Positions 37,798 to 53,060 of a stretch of 64,000 bases of DNA are shown here, piece after piece (the first letter of the stretch is position 1; each line of letters starts with the position of its first letter). A model generated the notes under the pieces. It saw nothing but the letters and a program-made list of their open reading frames with translations. It was not told the DNA's origin and made no database searches. Made by a program: the position numbers and the translations under genes. The stretch spans positions 109,742,001 to 109,806,000 of the forward strand of contig NC_058368.1 in the NCBI RefSeq assembly GCF_018350175.1, given 5' to 3'. This DNA comes from Felis catus (Eukaryota).

Positions 37798-40050
37798 TAA
37801 TTTGAACTGAGACCAACTTTTATTTAGCTTTTCAAGATGTGCAAAACAGTTTTTTTTCTTTAATTTTCTGTAACATTTATTTATTTTTGAAAGAGAGAGA
37901 GACCAAGCACAAGCAGAGGAGGGGCAGAGAGAGAGGGAGACACAGAATCCAAAGCAGGCTCCAGGCTCTGAGTTGTCAGCATAGAGCCCTATGCGGGGCT
38001 TGAACCCACAAACTGTGAGATCATGACCTGAGGCAAAGTTGGACGCTTAACTGACTGAGCCACCCAGGCACCGCAAAAATTTTAGATCCCTGCCTCAAAC
38101 CACATACAAGAAAAATTCCTGATTAGTCAAATATTTAAAGGTTATAAGTTAAATTTCAAAATAAAACCATATATTTACTGTTAAAGTAGATGTAGATTTT
38201 AAAAGTAGGTAAAAGTGTTAACTGACTTCGAGAACATTACCTACGGCAGCTCTGTATAATATAACATTCTTTGAGGTGGAGGTGTTCTGTATTGCATAGC
38301 CCAAAGTCCAGCAAGTTTTAACCCAATTCTGGTAAGTTTTAAGAGGTAGAAATAAGATTAAGTTTTACTTGAAGGACATTGGGAAGGATTCACAGACAGA
38401 GTGGGTGATGCTTCTGGAGAATGAGTGAGATGCATATAGAAAGGCCAAGGCATTTCAGGTGGCAAAAGTGGTATGAGCAAAGCAGAAGGATTGGATGACT
38501 AACTTGTGTTGGGTCACTTTGCCTGAGATGCGGGTGGAAAATGGGGTTGGGGTTGGGTTGGTGAGAGGTCTTAAGTTCCACAGTTAAGGAACCTGGGCTT
38601 TATTTGTTGGTTATTGATTTTGTTTGGAAGGTAATCACAAGCAAGACCACTTCAGAGTTCTCCAGGTAGAAGGGAAAATTAACCTTCAACAGGATATATA
38701 ATGAAGTTGAGAAAATTAATGTTTTTTATTGTAAGACCCAGTGCTTGTTTTGAGGAGATGAAGGTTTGAAGAAAGGGCTGCAGGAAACAATGGAAGATAA
38801 ATAATGTTGCCCTATAATTATGTTGGGATTGAGGTGTTGGTGTGATACACCTTAGAAATTCAGCTCTGGTGACATTTAGAAAAGATGTGAGTTTACCATT
38901 GTTAGGCTTAGGCTAGAAGGCCTTTTTGGAGTGGAGAGGGTGAATGGAGTGGATAAGATTATCATTAGCATTTTCTAAAGGGCAATATGGGCTGTGATAG
39001 AGATATTTATGTAGTAATGAGGACATTTAAAAAGAAATTTTAGTGGCTAGTGTTACATATATGCAGAAAAGCTAAGCTTGTTTCTAGGAGGCTACATCCA
39101 GCACATTCTAGTCCTGCAGAGTTTAGAGTTCAGAGCATATCTGAGGAGATCCTAGGCTATGCCATACTCCTACAGGGTACAGCTACCTTCAACTGCTTTG
39201 GGAGATCGGTTCACAGGGGTTCTTAACCTATAGGGTGGAAAGGGCCACCGAGGCACAGAAAGGTCCAGCCTCCTGGCAGATTGCACAGGGCTAGTAAGTT
39301 TATTAAAGTAAAAGAATTCTCGATAGGTCATTTAATATAGTCAGATTTGGACCAAGGCAATATGACTCCAGAGCTTAGTTAACTCTAAATTGGAAGAACT
39401 AGGGGTCTAGGGCAGATAGAGAGGGTCCAAGGTAGGGTGTAAGGTATGGAGAAAGGATCTAGAGTCTCACTTCATTGCTTTTAAGTTGTGTGACCCCGGA
39501 TAAGTTTACTTCACCTTTTTGGACTCAGTTTCTTTTCCTATAAAAGAGGGATAAGATGGAACTCTTGAGAATTTAATGAGGTAATAAATGTAAACAGTTG
39601 TATAATCATTGCTACTAAAGTTAACTTTTACTATATATAGGAGGACAGAAGTTCTCCAGGTTTATAGGCTACTTGGTGAGGTTGTAAGCTGTTTGAAAAG
39701 GCAAGATATATTAGTAAGGGGGTATGTTACTTTGTGTTGGCATTTTGAGCCCCAGACTTGAAGAATAAGAGAATAGTGGAGATGGGCTGGTCCACCTCTT
39801 GGTAGTATTGTGAGACAGATGGTTATCTCATCAGATTTGTGCTTCAAAGTCTAAATGACAGGGCTCCAGATGCCGCCCATTCTCATGGATAGTTGTACTC
39901 AATGGAGAGGGCAAAATCAGATTTACTGTGTGCTTTTACAAATGTGGCTTTTTAACCTCACACTCAGAAAACTTGCCTGCTCTGGTGATGTAATCCTGCC
40001 TGGACGTAATGTTGCAGTAAGGTTTGATGCTTAAATGTTTTTTCTTCTAG

Positions 40051-40108
40051 GGCTTGCATTTCTTTTGGTCCTAAGAATCGTTCAATTGGAGCAGCAGCTA
40101 AAAGCCAG
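40051..40108 (+). CDS. HSPA4: HSPA4 coding exon 2 (58 nt)
   Basis: tttcttctag acceptor, GTAGAG donor; phase matches exon 1; encodes ACISFGPKNRSIGAAAKSQ. Confidence 0.97.
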
Positions 40109-42164
40109 GTAGAGTTTTTTTTTTTTTTTTCCTAAAATGACTGACTTCTCTGTTTTGTCCATCTTTTCATTCAGCAGTTATTGTTGTGCCCTTTACGTGC
40201 CTAGTATGGCAGTCCCTAAGTGGACAGCTGAGAAAGACAGGTCTGATCTTAGTCTCCTGTGCTTGAGTGAGAAGCGAATAGCTTTTTAAAATGACATAAA
40301 CGGTATAAGCTGTTTAACGTAAGACACTAGGAGGTATTTTGCCCAGAACTTGTTTAAGCAAAGCTCACTTATTCCCATTTATTTTACGTGTTCCTTAAAG
40401 TCTGTCTTTTTGGGTCTTCATCTTACTCCTGCTTGGAGTCATTGTTGTTTGTAGATTTGATCTTGTTAATCAAGGTTCTTAAAGAAGGAAAGCATACTTG
40501 TAGAAGCACACTTGACATTAGTTTACTTTATTTACTTTACACCTGACATTCTTTGTTGGTTTCTGAGTAACCAGAGTGTCAGAACTCCCAGGAGTTCTGT
40601 GTTTGAGGGCCTGAAATGGCTGTAAAAGAGTTGCATATTTGATCTTTTTTCTGGTTCAGCCTGGAGCACCCTGTCTTTTTTCTGGACTGGGCAGGGCTTC
40701 TGATTTAAAAGCCCCTGGCTGGCTTAGTTGGAAGACCATGCAACTCTTGATCTTGGGGTCTTGAGTTTGCGTGCCATGTTGAGTGTAGAGGTTACTAAAA
40801 AAAAAAAAAAAAAAAAAAATAACAACAACAAAAAAAGCCTGAGACAATGGAAATGGTGCTTAGCCAATAGATTTTTAGTCACATATTTAGTCACATTGGG
40901 TGTTTTATAATCTGATTTTCAAAAAGTTGAATATATGTTAGGAAGCAGTAGATACCAAGTAGAGAACTAGTTTGGGATGTCTTGCCTTCTGAAATTCCAG
41001 TGAGTTCTTTTGTTTTGAAACTTGCTTTCATTATTGAGAATAGTTAACTTGTACTCAACTGCCTGTCTACTTCTAGGATGACATAGTTATTGTGATACTG
41101 AGTTTCTGCTTGGCAGCCTACTGAAGTAGGGCCTGGTTTTGGAGGCCTCGTATTGTTTTGTAAAAGGACTTCTGTCTGCCTTTTAACATAGCTGACAAGA
41201 GGAGCTCTGCGGTTCTTACAAAAGTAAAAGAAATTTGGAAGTGAAACATAGTATCGTTATCCAGAAGTCACTGTTAGTATCTTAATGTATAACCTTTTTT
41301 GCTTTCTAAGGGTTTAAATGATTCCTTCACTCTAAAAGTGAGATCATACTATATAGATACTTACTTCCAACTTTCTAAAATAATGTTACTCACTGTATAT
41401 GGATACATTTTATTTTTTAAACCCATTGTCCTGTTAATTGACCATCCATGCTGTTTCCAATTTTCTCCTATTATGAACAATACTTGGTCACTGTCTTGCA
41501 TTTATTTTTGTGTACTTAATGTTATCTTTTTTTTGTAATCTTCAGTTTCTTTCACTAGAATTTCTGAATTGATATTGCCAAATTGAGTCCTGAAAAGTTT
41601 GAATCACAGACTATGGTAATTTTTAAAAATTAAAGGTCATTTTATGTAAATGTTGATTAGAAGTTTAAGAATCACAGATACCTTTGTACATGTCTTCATG
41701 GAGAAGTAGGACAAACTGGGCTCTAGTGCCATCCCTGCCACTATGGTCTGTACAGGTCCCTTATTCCTCACTTCACATGTGAGCAGATCATACAGAAAGG
41801 TGTAATGCCGAAGAAAATGGAACTCAGAAGGAAACTTTGTGGAGTTAAAATGTTGCTAATTGAGTCTGAGGCTGCTGAATTTTATTTTCAAACTGTATTT
41901 TGAGAGAGAGCACAGCACACATTAGTGGGAGCAGAGGAGGGGCAAAGAGAGATGAGAGAGAATCCCAAGCGGTCTCCAAACTGTTAGCACACAGCCTTAT
42001 GTGGGGCTCGATCCCATGAACTGTGAGATCATGACCTGAGCTGAAATCAAGAGTCAGACTCTTAACTGACAGAGACACCCTGGTATCCCTGAATTTTTTT
42101 TTTTTTTTTAAATTTAATTGCTCCTAGTCTTTTTATGTTTTGACTCTGATATTCCTTCTCTTAG

Positions 42165-42320
<156 letters not shown>

Positions 42321-44171
42321 TGATGCCTTATGAATACAGTGTTTTATTTGTATCTTTTATTCTGAGTTCAAGTTGTAGTGAAAACGTTAACAAATGTTTA
42401 GGAGAAGCTTTTGCTAGTAAGGACCATTTGGCATTTGGCATTTTTTGAATGACCTGGAATTTGATTGGGAGTGATAGGTGGCACTGTTACTAATGGGTTG
42501 AACTGATGGGTGGTAGTGGTTTGAAGTTAACACTGCCATTGCTGCTTGTCTTGTTTACTGATGGAGCAGTCTTTCCAGTGTGATTTTAGTGAATGACTTT
42601 CTGCAATACCAGCAAAGAAATTTACACTTTAAAGTCACTAATGAAATGTATGGTCATACTCTTGACAATAGGACTTAGATTGGAAAGAGGTATTGTTCTT
42701 TTAGGGAAAAGGGAAATTAGTTTTTGGTATCTCTGTGACATCCAGAAGACTTTGTGAAGTATTAAGTGAGCTGATCATACAAAAGAGGTGAGAGGCTCAG
42801 GGATGGATAGGATGGGCACACTCTTCCCTCTACTCAGAGGTGATAAGAGGAATCCAGAAGGGTGGATCGACCTTTCCAGGCAACTCAGTTTAGCAAGAGG
42901 AGATTTGGTGTTTGAGACACCCCAGTTGGAGAAATCATGATCACGGGAATAGGCTCAAATGTAAGAGATGATGAGGATGATATGAAAAAGGTAGTCAGTT
43001 GTGCTGTGTAGCTGAGAATTAGGTTGAATTTGGAAGTGAAGAATTCTGATAACCAAAGACTAATCTTAGGACATCTGTGGCAATAATCTCAGAACAGTTT
43101 GAATGGGCTGGTAGTGGATAAATCTGGAGCACAGGTGTGGGGAAAAAGGGGAAAAAAAGGAGGTGAATAAATGGAAGGTGCTTATGGTTAGGAAAGAAAT
43201 AGGGATAGGTATTGGCACATTTGGTAATAAATGTTGTAAGAGCCAAAGGAGGAGGAGACTAGGGAAAAGACCTGGGGGACAAGTGGATCCAAGTACAAGA
43301 GTGGAGGAATTGACTAAGAATTAAGCAAATGGGGAAGAAGAGGCAGCTTAGAAAGAGGCTTATGGGGAGGGAGGGGTACTTTCCCATCTTTATATGCAAT
43401 AAAGTGAGATACTCCTAGATGGTGAGCCAGAATATATGAGGACTGGGTTGGGGAGTGAAGAGGTAAGGAGAAGGTGGGGTGCAGGTTCACTTGGAGCAGT
43501 GGAAAGAAGAGAGGTCTGTTTTGTGGTATGGATTGTATTTGGGGGAATATGGGCCTGTGGGGTGGGGCTTATCCCAGGCAGTCTTTCGGCATTTAAAGTT
43601 TGCAAATCTTATCCAAGTTGCACATTTTTTGCAGCGTAGCGTATCTTGAATTAAATGAATAAATTCTTTAAATTCTTTAATTCAGAAGTACTTATGGGGG
43701 TCAGGTCTGTCCTGGGTGTTGGCTATAGCAATGAACAAATGGGACAAAAACTGTGTCCTCCAGTTAGATTGGATCCTAATTTTGGAAATGACCATAAAGT
43801 CACCACAGTAAACAAAGTAAAAAAACACGTATTAGTCCATGTGGCAAGAGTTTCCACCACCAGACCCCTTTATAGAGGTGCAATGTGGGTCATATGATTT
43901 ATACCAGTTTACGTGTGCACAGGTAATTGTCTTAGGTTTTGTTGGTGGTCACTGTATATTGTTTATGTAATGGTACTTGTCTGCAGGTATTCATGTTTGA
44001 CAAGCATGTTAAAAAGCTAAAAGTGACTTTGAAGTTATTTTTGCTTCCCTAATAGTGTTTTGTTCCCTCTTGAGATAATGTTTCTTTGATGTGTTAGATA
44101 TTGCTCATTTTAAGGCTTTTAGGACATGAGAAACTTTAATAAGCCTAGATCCTTTTGTTGTTTTATTGCAG

Positions 44172-44294
44172 GTAAAATATATGGAGGAAGAGCGAAATTT
44201 TACTACAGAGCAAGTGACTGCCATGCTTTTGTCCAAATTGAAGGAGACAGCAGAAAGTGTTCTTAAGAAGCCTGTTGTGGACTGTGTTGTTTCG
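44172..44294 (+). CDS. HSPA4: HSPA4 coding exon 4 (123 nt)
   Basis: ttattgcag / [47 protein letters not shown]. Confidence 0.97.
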
Positions 44295-44432
44295 GTGAGT
44301 TTGATCCCTTTGTTTTACTGGGGACTTGAGTGAAGAAGCACAGAAAAGAAACTTGTTAATTGCAAATAAAATTGCTTTTTGCCTTAGGTTGTGATTATTT
44401 TAAGAATTTATCAAACTAGGCTACATTTTCTT

Positions 44433-44657
44433 TTTTTTTTTAAAATTTTTTTTTCAACGTTTATTTATTTTTGGGACAGAGAGAGACAGAGCATGAACGG
44501 GGGAGGGGCAGAGAGAGAGGGAGACACAGAATCGGAAGCAGGCTCCAGGCTCCGAGCCATCAGCCCAGAGCCTGACGCGGGGCTCGAACTCACGGACCGC
44601 GAGATCGTGACCTGGCTGAAGTCGGATGCCCAACCGACTGCGCCACCCAGGCGCCCC
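44433..44657 (-). mobile_element. Young felid Can-SINE (intron 4)
   Basis: CpG-rich; perfect 16-bp TSD TAGGCTACATTTTCTT (44417-44432, 44658-44673). Confidence 0.95.
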
Positions 44658-45496
44658 TAGGCTACATTTTCTTGATGTTCTTTTCTGTCACATCGTTTTT
44701 ATTCAGGTCTTCTCTATTCTTTTTTTTTTTTTTTTTCTATTATTCTTATTTGAAGGCTTATCTTAAAGCCCACTTCCTCCTGGATTCCTTTTAGCACACA
44801 GCATAGTGCCTGGCACACAATAGTTACTCATTTGTTGAATTAGTTGAATACTCTCAGTTACTTTGTCATTTTCTTCATTTCCATTTCGGTATTTTTGCTA
44901 TTTTGATCTTGTCTTTTCCATATCCCTCTTAGGATGGCAGCCTGGCTCTGTGTAGCTTTGTGCTTGTAGGAAAGTGGAGTCCTTAGGAACTGTTGAATTT
45001 GGGTGGATGTCTTGGCTTTGCAACTGAATCTCCTTACTCTGCATTTGTTATCTTGGTATCTTAGCTCTGTAGCCTCTTTTGTCTTCATGTTGGTGTATTG
45101 ATCCGCAAAGCAAGGACTCTCTTGGGTGACTGTTTTGTCCTGCAGTCTGTTGTCTGGTAGATTCCTTGGTTCTTAGCTATCTAGTAAAGTAGAACTGACA
45201 TTCGTCAGGAAGAAATAGTTTATTGTTGTGTGCCATATTTTGGAGATGCAAAGAATAAAAGTGCTTCTTCTCATAAGAGCTCAGATTCAGTCCAGGCACT
45301 GTGTTTGTGCTTCCTAGATGCTTTCTGCCTTTCACTGTTGTATTTTCACATTTGTCCCTGTTTCCCCCACCTAGTGCCCTAACTTTGGTCTTGAAATATG
45401 GTCAGTGTAGAAGTGAAATTTATGTACAGTGGCAGAATGCCTGAGTGGCTTTTCTAGCTTTTGAGATCAAGTTAAGAGGTGATGTATTAAGTCATG

Positions 45497-46067
45497 TGTT
45501 AGGGGTCCTCTAGACTACACTGAGTTTCAGTGACTTGCCAGGAGAATTTGTAGAACTTACCACGTAGCCATACTCAAGCATAGATTTATTACAGTGAAAA
45601 GATAACAAAGCACAATCAACAGAGGGGAAAAGTACATGGGCATTGTTTGGAGGAAACCAGGTACAGACTTCCAAGAGTCCGCTTGCAAGGTTCTTGATGT
45701 GCTTGATTCTTCCAGCAACATGTTGTGTTAACACGTGACATACTCAACACTAGGGAAGTTCTGCCTGAGCTTAGGAGTTGCGGATTTCTAACTGGAGGTC
45801 AGTTATGTAGGTAGTACCTTGTGCCTAACCTGTACCAAAGGTCTAGACTCCCAGAAGGAAGGTAGCTATTTAGCATAAATAATGTTGTATAAGCAGTTTA
45901 GGTGTAGTGAGCCACTCTTGTTATTTAGGGAGATTTTTCTTTGAATTTAGTGACCTGTTTCTCAGTTAAGTTACTCTGTGCTAGGACAGGGCTAACCTTT
46001 TCATCAGGCCTTTCTAAGGCCTTTCAAAGACAGCAGTCTTTGGCCCCTCTGTGAACCCTTCTGCACA
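45497..46067 (-). mobile_element. MER21-type LTR
   Basis: Minus strand begins TGTGCAGAAGGG...GACTGCTGTCTTTGAAAGGCC, resembling the recalled MER21 start; TG...CA termini; internal minus-strand AATAAA. Confidence 0.7.
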
Positions 46068-47997
46068 GGTACTGCCCCAGCTCTTGGTATCATGTTATAT
46101 CTAATAGCTATATAAATAGAGCGTGGGTGTATTTTGCTTTATTTATCAATTGATTATTGTTAAAACATAAACTTTAATTTTTTGGAAAGGTAATAGTAGC
46201 CCCATTGTTCAGAAATCAAATTGGCCCTTCTGCACCCTCTGCTTACCTAGTAGGAAGTTTTTTCTTCCTAGATGTTATGAGTTTTATTACTTGGTTACAG
46301 ATCTTTCCAGAGGTTTTTGTGTACCCAAGTAAATAATCCTTTTTCTTAAAATGTTTATTTTGAGAGAGCACAAGTTGGGGAGAGGGGCAGAGGGAGAGAT
46401 AGAGAGAATCCCAAGCAAGCTCCATGTTCAGCGTGGAACCCGAAACGGGGGTCAGTCCCACAGCCCTGAGATCCTGACATGAGTCAACATCAAGAATCAG
46501 ACCCAACTGACTGAGCCACCCAGGAGCCCTTGTATATATCTTTTTTTACTTTAATTTCCCCCCTTAAAAAAATTTTTTTTTGATGTTTATTTGTTTTTGA
46601 GAGAGAGAGACAGAGAGAGACAGAGCGTGAGCAGAGAGGAACAGAGAGAAAGGGAGACAGAATCTGAAGCAGGCTCCAGGCTCTGAGGTATCCGCACAGA
46701 GCCTGATGTGGGGCTTGAACTCACAGAGCGTGAGATCATGACCTCAGCCGAGAGCAAGAGTCAGATGCCTAACTGACTGAGCCACCCAGGCACATCCAGG
46801 TTTTTTTTTAATTGTAAAGAATTTTAAAAAAAGTTACATTGTAGTGAGTAAATTTGAACAGATAGATATTTTTGATGTGTGATGTTTGTTTCTAGGGCTA
46901 AATTCCTAGAAAAATTGTTACAACAGAGAGTTTCTCTGTATTTGTAATTTCAACAGCTGTTGTTTCATTGCCCTTTAAAGAATTTTACTAATTTAAACTT
47001 CTACCAGTAGTGTGTGATAGAGCTTGTTTGACCACAGCTTCACCAGAAGAGTTATTGGTGAATCAGCTAATTCCATAATAGTTGAATAATGTATGTAATT
47101 TTAATGTTTTACTCTTTAGGTGAAGTTGAGAACATTTTTCAATTTAAGACCCCTTTTGTATTTCCTTTTCTGTAAAACATTCTTATTTGCTCATTTTAAG
47201 TTTATGGTCTACATATTGATTTGTAGTTCTTCATATAATAGATGAGCTCTACCCTTTTATAATATGAGCTGCAAATATTTTTCACCATTTGGTCATTAGA
47301 ATTTTTATGAGTCAAATATGTTAATCTTAAAAACTTTTTTTTTTTTTTTACTTCTAGTTGGCATGCTGTGTTACATTAGTTTCAGGTGTAAAACTTAGTG
47401 ATTTGATAAGTTTATACATCATGCTATGTTCACCACAAGTATAGCTACCATCTGTCCTCCTGCATTGCTATTCAAACATAATATTTTCTTTCTCTTTTTT
47501 TCCTACTGTATTTTGTGTTTTAGTTAGAGAATTTCTTACTCTAATGGTAAAAATTCCCTTTCTTTCTAGTACTTTTTTTAACTGTTAAATCTTTGAAATA
47601 TTAGGTGTGCAGTAAGGATGCAACTTGATTTTTTTCTTTCTGTATGACTATCCATTTGTTCTAACAGTACTTACTGAATATTCGAACTTTACTGGTTTGA
47701 AATACTTCCTTGATCATATACAGAAAAAATCGCTGTACGTATTTGAGGGCATTTCTGGATTTTACTGTTTGTCTATTTGTTTTTTATTTATTTCTTTTGA
47801 GAGAGAACACAGGTGAGCTGAGGAGGGGCAGAAGGAGGGAAAGAGAGAGAATCCCAAGCAGGCTCTGCCCCGTGCAGGACTTGAGCCCAGGTACTGTGAG
47901 ATGATGACCTGAGCCGAAATCAAGAGTCTGGAAGCTTAACCGACTCAGCCACCCAGACACCCCAGGATTGTACTGTTTTTTTGGCAGGTGTATCTTA

Positions 47998-48215
47998 AAA
48001 AAATTTTTTTTTCAACGTTTATTTATTTTTGGGACAGAGAGAGACAGAGCATGAACAGGGGAGGGGCAGAGAGAGAGGGAGACACAGAATTGGAAACAGG
48101 CTCCAGGCTCTGAGCCATCAGCCCAGAGCCCGACGCGGGGCTCGAACTCACGGACCGCGAGATCGTGACCTGGCTGAAGTCGGACGCTTAACCGACTGCA
48201 CCACCCAGGCGCCCC
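47998..48215 (-). mobile_element. Young felid Can-SINE 62 bp upstream of exon 5
   Basis: Same subfamily; TSD TGGCAGGTGTATCTTA / TGGCAGGTGTATTTTA. Confidence 0.95.
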
Positions 48216-48277
48216 GTGGCAGGTGTATTTTAAATGAGGACTCTCTCATATAGTAAACTGGCACATTTTTTTTGTAG

Positions 48278-48391
<114 letters not shown>

Positions 48392-48990
48392 TAACATTCT
48401 TGACTTGCTGAATCTGGATGGTTCTGCAATCTTAAAACCCTGGGGTTTCTTGTTCTTCATTTTGCTTGGAGCACTTACTACCTGTGTGCCACAGTGTTTT
48501 TGGTTACTGTGTCACGCGTGAAGAATTCATCTGACCGGTGCTTTTTCTTTATCTGCCTAGCACTTACTTTGATATTTAATCACGTTTGTTTGGAAGGCTA
48601 GCAGATATTGTGTGTTCAGAGCAGTGCCTAGATTCAAAATCGACCTTTTCTCCACTTCTATTATGAGGTGTAAAGCAGCATCCAGAAGGAGATAACGTGG
48701 AAATGTTGAGATGGCACAAAGGTAGAAGAAATCCCAGAAAATATGTTTGGAAAACTGGGGGAAGTGGTTTGGGAAAAATTGGCAAAGTCATTGGAATTGG
48801 AAATTGGAAACATTAAGGAAGTCTAAGGGAATGTCAGCATTTTATTCTTTGAAGTTAATGTTCCTCATGAATAAATTATACAAAGTATATGAAGAATTTG
48901 ATTCTTTCTAAAATAGTATGTGTAGTCCTACTATTTACTATATAATTTTTTTTTTTACTTAATTGAATTTTAAATGTACTACTTAAATGA

Positions 48991-49191
<201 letters not shown>

Positions 49192-51068
49192 TAATTAGGA
49201 ATTTATGGGAGACAATTGAAAAAATATATTAAAGCATTTTGTTTCATCAATGGAAGCTTAGTATGAATGATTTAAACTAGAAACTAGGTACGTAGGGATA
49301 GTGTAGAAGTTGTAATTTTTCAGGAGTTGGTGTAGTGTGAAGCAGAGAGTGTAGACCTTGAGGAAGAAGCTCTTAAGATTTCTGATCCTTACTTATCTAC
49401 AATGTGTGGAAAATAATACTTACCTTAGAGGCTTACTAGGATTCTTTAACATTGAGTCCCTTTGTGTATTTTACACTGAGGATTGAAGAGATGACAAAGG
49501 TATCCTCTTGCTCTTAAGGTTTTGAATGTTCTGGGAAAAGAGTATAGGGACTGGAACTTGGATGGCCAAAAAGAAACCAGACTGAGAGAGATAGTCCAGA
49601 TTTCTGGAAACCTTAGAGCTCTGGAGAGAGTTTTGTACACTGAGAAGTCTAGCAGTATCAAAGACAAAGAGGGCCAGAGAGTATCTGGTCAACATTTGAA
49701 TTTGCTGGTATATGCTGCTTCCACAGTGGGATATAAAATCAGTTCTGCAGGTGATTTTATCTAGAATTTGCTTAAGAACCAAGGAGTTTTTGAGTGCATT
49801 ATTTAATTATTAGGGTTGTGTATCAGGGTTGTTTGTGTCAAGGCCTAAATTGCATTTCTCCCCCAAATTTGGGGATTGTTGGGGAGGGACTGACTGAAAA
49901 TAAATGTTAAATTTGGGGCGTGTTGAGACTCTGTTACAGTCCTGTTATTTTGAAAACTAGACTTGGTTTCACTTAACATTCTGATTTATATTGTTTTTAG
50001 GCCTTTTTTTTTTTTGTTAAATAAAAAGGAAAATCTTTGGGGTGGTTGGGAAATAACAGGTTCATGATTTTTACAGATATAAATAATGAACCAAGTGTAA
50101 TTATTAGTACTTAAACTTTTACTCACTAATAAATGGCTTTATTTCTAAAATACATTGTATACTTTCACCTTTTTGAACAGAAGCTACTGGCCATAATTTA
50201 GCTTTGGCTTTGGGTCATAGTGATGTGTATTAGTGATTGATTACCTGCCCTTTTTCCCCCCTCCCTAATTATCCTTTATTGCTATTTGTCAGTTTTGGAG
50301 TTACAATTAAAATTTACTCATCATGAAAACATCCCCAAACTTGGAAAACATTTACATGAAAAGAAAAACATTCACAATTGTACTACTCTGAACAGGTTGT
50401 TGTATTTCATTTTAGTTTTTAGAAGAAAACAAAATTGTAATTAGACTATATTCAGTTCTGTGCCCTGTTTTTCTTTTTCTTCACAACATTTCCCCACAAC
50501 ATTTATCATGGAATAGATTGTTTTTATTGATTTTATTTTTTCGTCAAGGCTGTCATCTCTTATTTGGTCTGTCTTCTATTAGTGAATCTAACTAGATTTA
50601 GTTTGCTTCTAATCTGCTAAAGATTTGGATAATGGATAACCAAAGCTAATGAAATTTCTACAAGTTGCTGTGAATTAAGCCTTTAGCATGTTTTTTGATA
50701 GTAAACTGCATAGAGCTAGGCCTTTGATATTAATCATAGTTCTGTGATGGCAAGAAGACCAGAATTGCAGTGACATGTTACTGCATTTGGCTTTGGATAT
50801 GTAATTTTAGTTTGCAGTCAGATTGGCCTAGTGGAAAGAGCTTGAATTTTGGAATTGAGGGAATTGAGGGGATTGGGTTTTGGGTTGTACTTCTGCCACT
50901 TACTAGCTTTGTGACCTGCAGATGATCTGATTCATCTGGGCCTGTAGCATCATCTGTAAATTGGGGATTACAGTGTCTTTTTTCACAATGTTTGTAACCG
51001 TGATTAAATGACATGTGCACATTACTTTGTTTCAAACTTAATGTGTCCCTTGTTAATTTACCAGTTAA

Positions 51069-51377
<309 letters not shown>

Positions 51378-52389
51378 TAATCAGATCACTATTTTAATGT
51401 TAAACTCAACTGTGATTTTTTTTTCTCCACTTATATTAGCATTTATTTAGCTAATTGTTGAAATTACCGTGATTGTTGTAAGCTAACTTCTGTAGGTAAA
51501 AAGTAGAGACCATTCAGCATCCTGCATTTCCTGAAGTTTGGATTTGATTATTCTAATAATTTAGACTAATCTCTTTTACCTCATTGTTTCAGTCAGTTGG
51601 TAGCTCTTGACAGGTGCTGCTGCATGTATTATATGTGAGTTGCCAGTTTTCAAAAAATCAGGGCAAGGTGCTTTAATGCTGAATAATTCTGAATTTGATG
51701 TAGTCATTGATTCAGAAATTGGTGTTCTTGAGTAGTTGAGGGTCACTTGTGGCCAGCAGCTCTTTTTATACAGTGCTGCAAGAATTCTGTGTTACTGATG
51801 TTTCATGGCTGTTCTCAGAAATACCCAGAATGTTACCGTTGTCTAGTTGGGTTGCTTGGATGATGAGTGGTAAGTTCTTTAGGACGTGAACTCTACTGAT
51901 AGAAGTCAGGCATGGTTGATGGCTTGTTTGGGGAAAGTGTGGCCTCAATTATCCTCAAAAAATTGAGATCGAATTTGAATTAGATTTACTGTGCCTAGTA
52001 ACCACATTTGTAATCACCTTTCCTCTCTACTTGAAAGTGATGGTTTTCATTTTTATTAAGCAGCATTGTGTGTATATGTGTTGGGTGGTCTGGGGGGCAA
52101 AGGAGTACCAGGGTATCTTTCAGAAATTGTTAGTAGAATGTTTTGTGGTAATTAGAGCCAAGTAGACATTTGTAAGTGGTTTATACTTTCTAAAAACTAA
52201 AAACAGTTAATTAACCTGTGGGCTTTTTTTTTTCAACAGTTGTATTTTATGGACATCGAGTGCAAAGCTGTCATATTCTCTAGTTTATGGTCTTCATTTA
52301 GTCTGTAGTGCTCACCAGCAGTCTTTTTTTTTTTTTTTAACTAATGAAACCAGATAATTTCCGCCATCTAGCATTTCTTCTGATTAACT

Positions 52390-53060
52390 TTTGATGGGGT
52401 AAAATCCACGTAACGCTTTAAAATGAACAACTCTGTGCCATTTAGTACATTCACATTGTTGTGCGGTGACCACCTCTGTCTAGTGACAGAATGTTCTCAT
52501 CGCCCCAAAATAAAACCTCATAGCCATTAAGCAGTTACTTCCCATCTTCCCTTGCCTCTCTTGTGTGGCAAACACTACTTTTTTTTTTTTTTTTTTAAAT
52601 CTATGGGTTTACCTATTCTGGGTGTTTCATGTAAATAGAAGTGTGCACTATGTGTTTTGCCATTTTTGTGTCTGACTTTTAACACCGTGTTATCTGTGTT
52701 CATCATTCATGTTGTAACATGTATTGTTCTTCTGTGCTTTTTATGGCAAATAGTATTTTGTTTGTATAGATAACATCACTTTTTTATCCTTTCATCACCT
52801 AATGGACCTTTGGGTTGTTTCTACCTTTTAGTTATCGTGAATGGTGCTTCTGTGACTATTCATGAATACGTGTTTGTTTGACTATCTTGTTTTCTGTTCT
52901 TTTGGGAATAAATGTAGGAGTGGAATTGCTGAGTCATATGGTAATTCTATGTTTAGTTTTTTGAGGAATTGCCAAACTATTTTCCTCAGCAGTTGGACCA
53001 TTTTACATTCTCGCCAGCAGTGTACAAGGGTTTCAGTTTCACCACCTTCTTGCTGACGCT
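52390..53060 (-). mobile_element. Old L1 3' fragment in intron 7
   Basis: Antisense L1M-like text; the ORF track shows the typical [39 protein letters not shown] remnant of L1 ORF2. Confidence 0.75.

Noticed and set aside
49861..49874. Palindrome CCCCAAATTTGGGG, and CTGAGGT-C-ACCTCAG at 58714-58728
   Set aside because: Short, isolated and partly low-complexity; a few are expected by chance in 64 kb.
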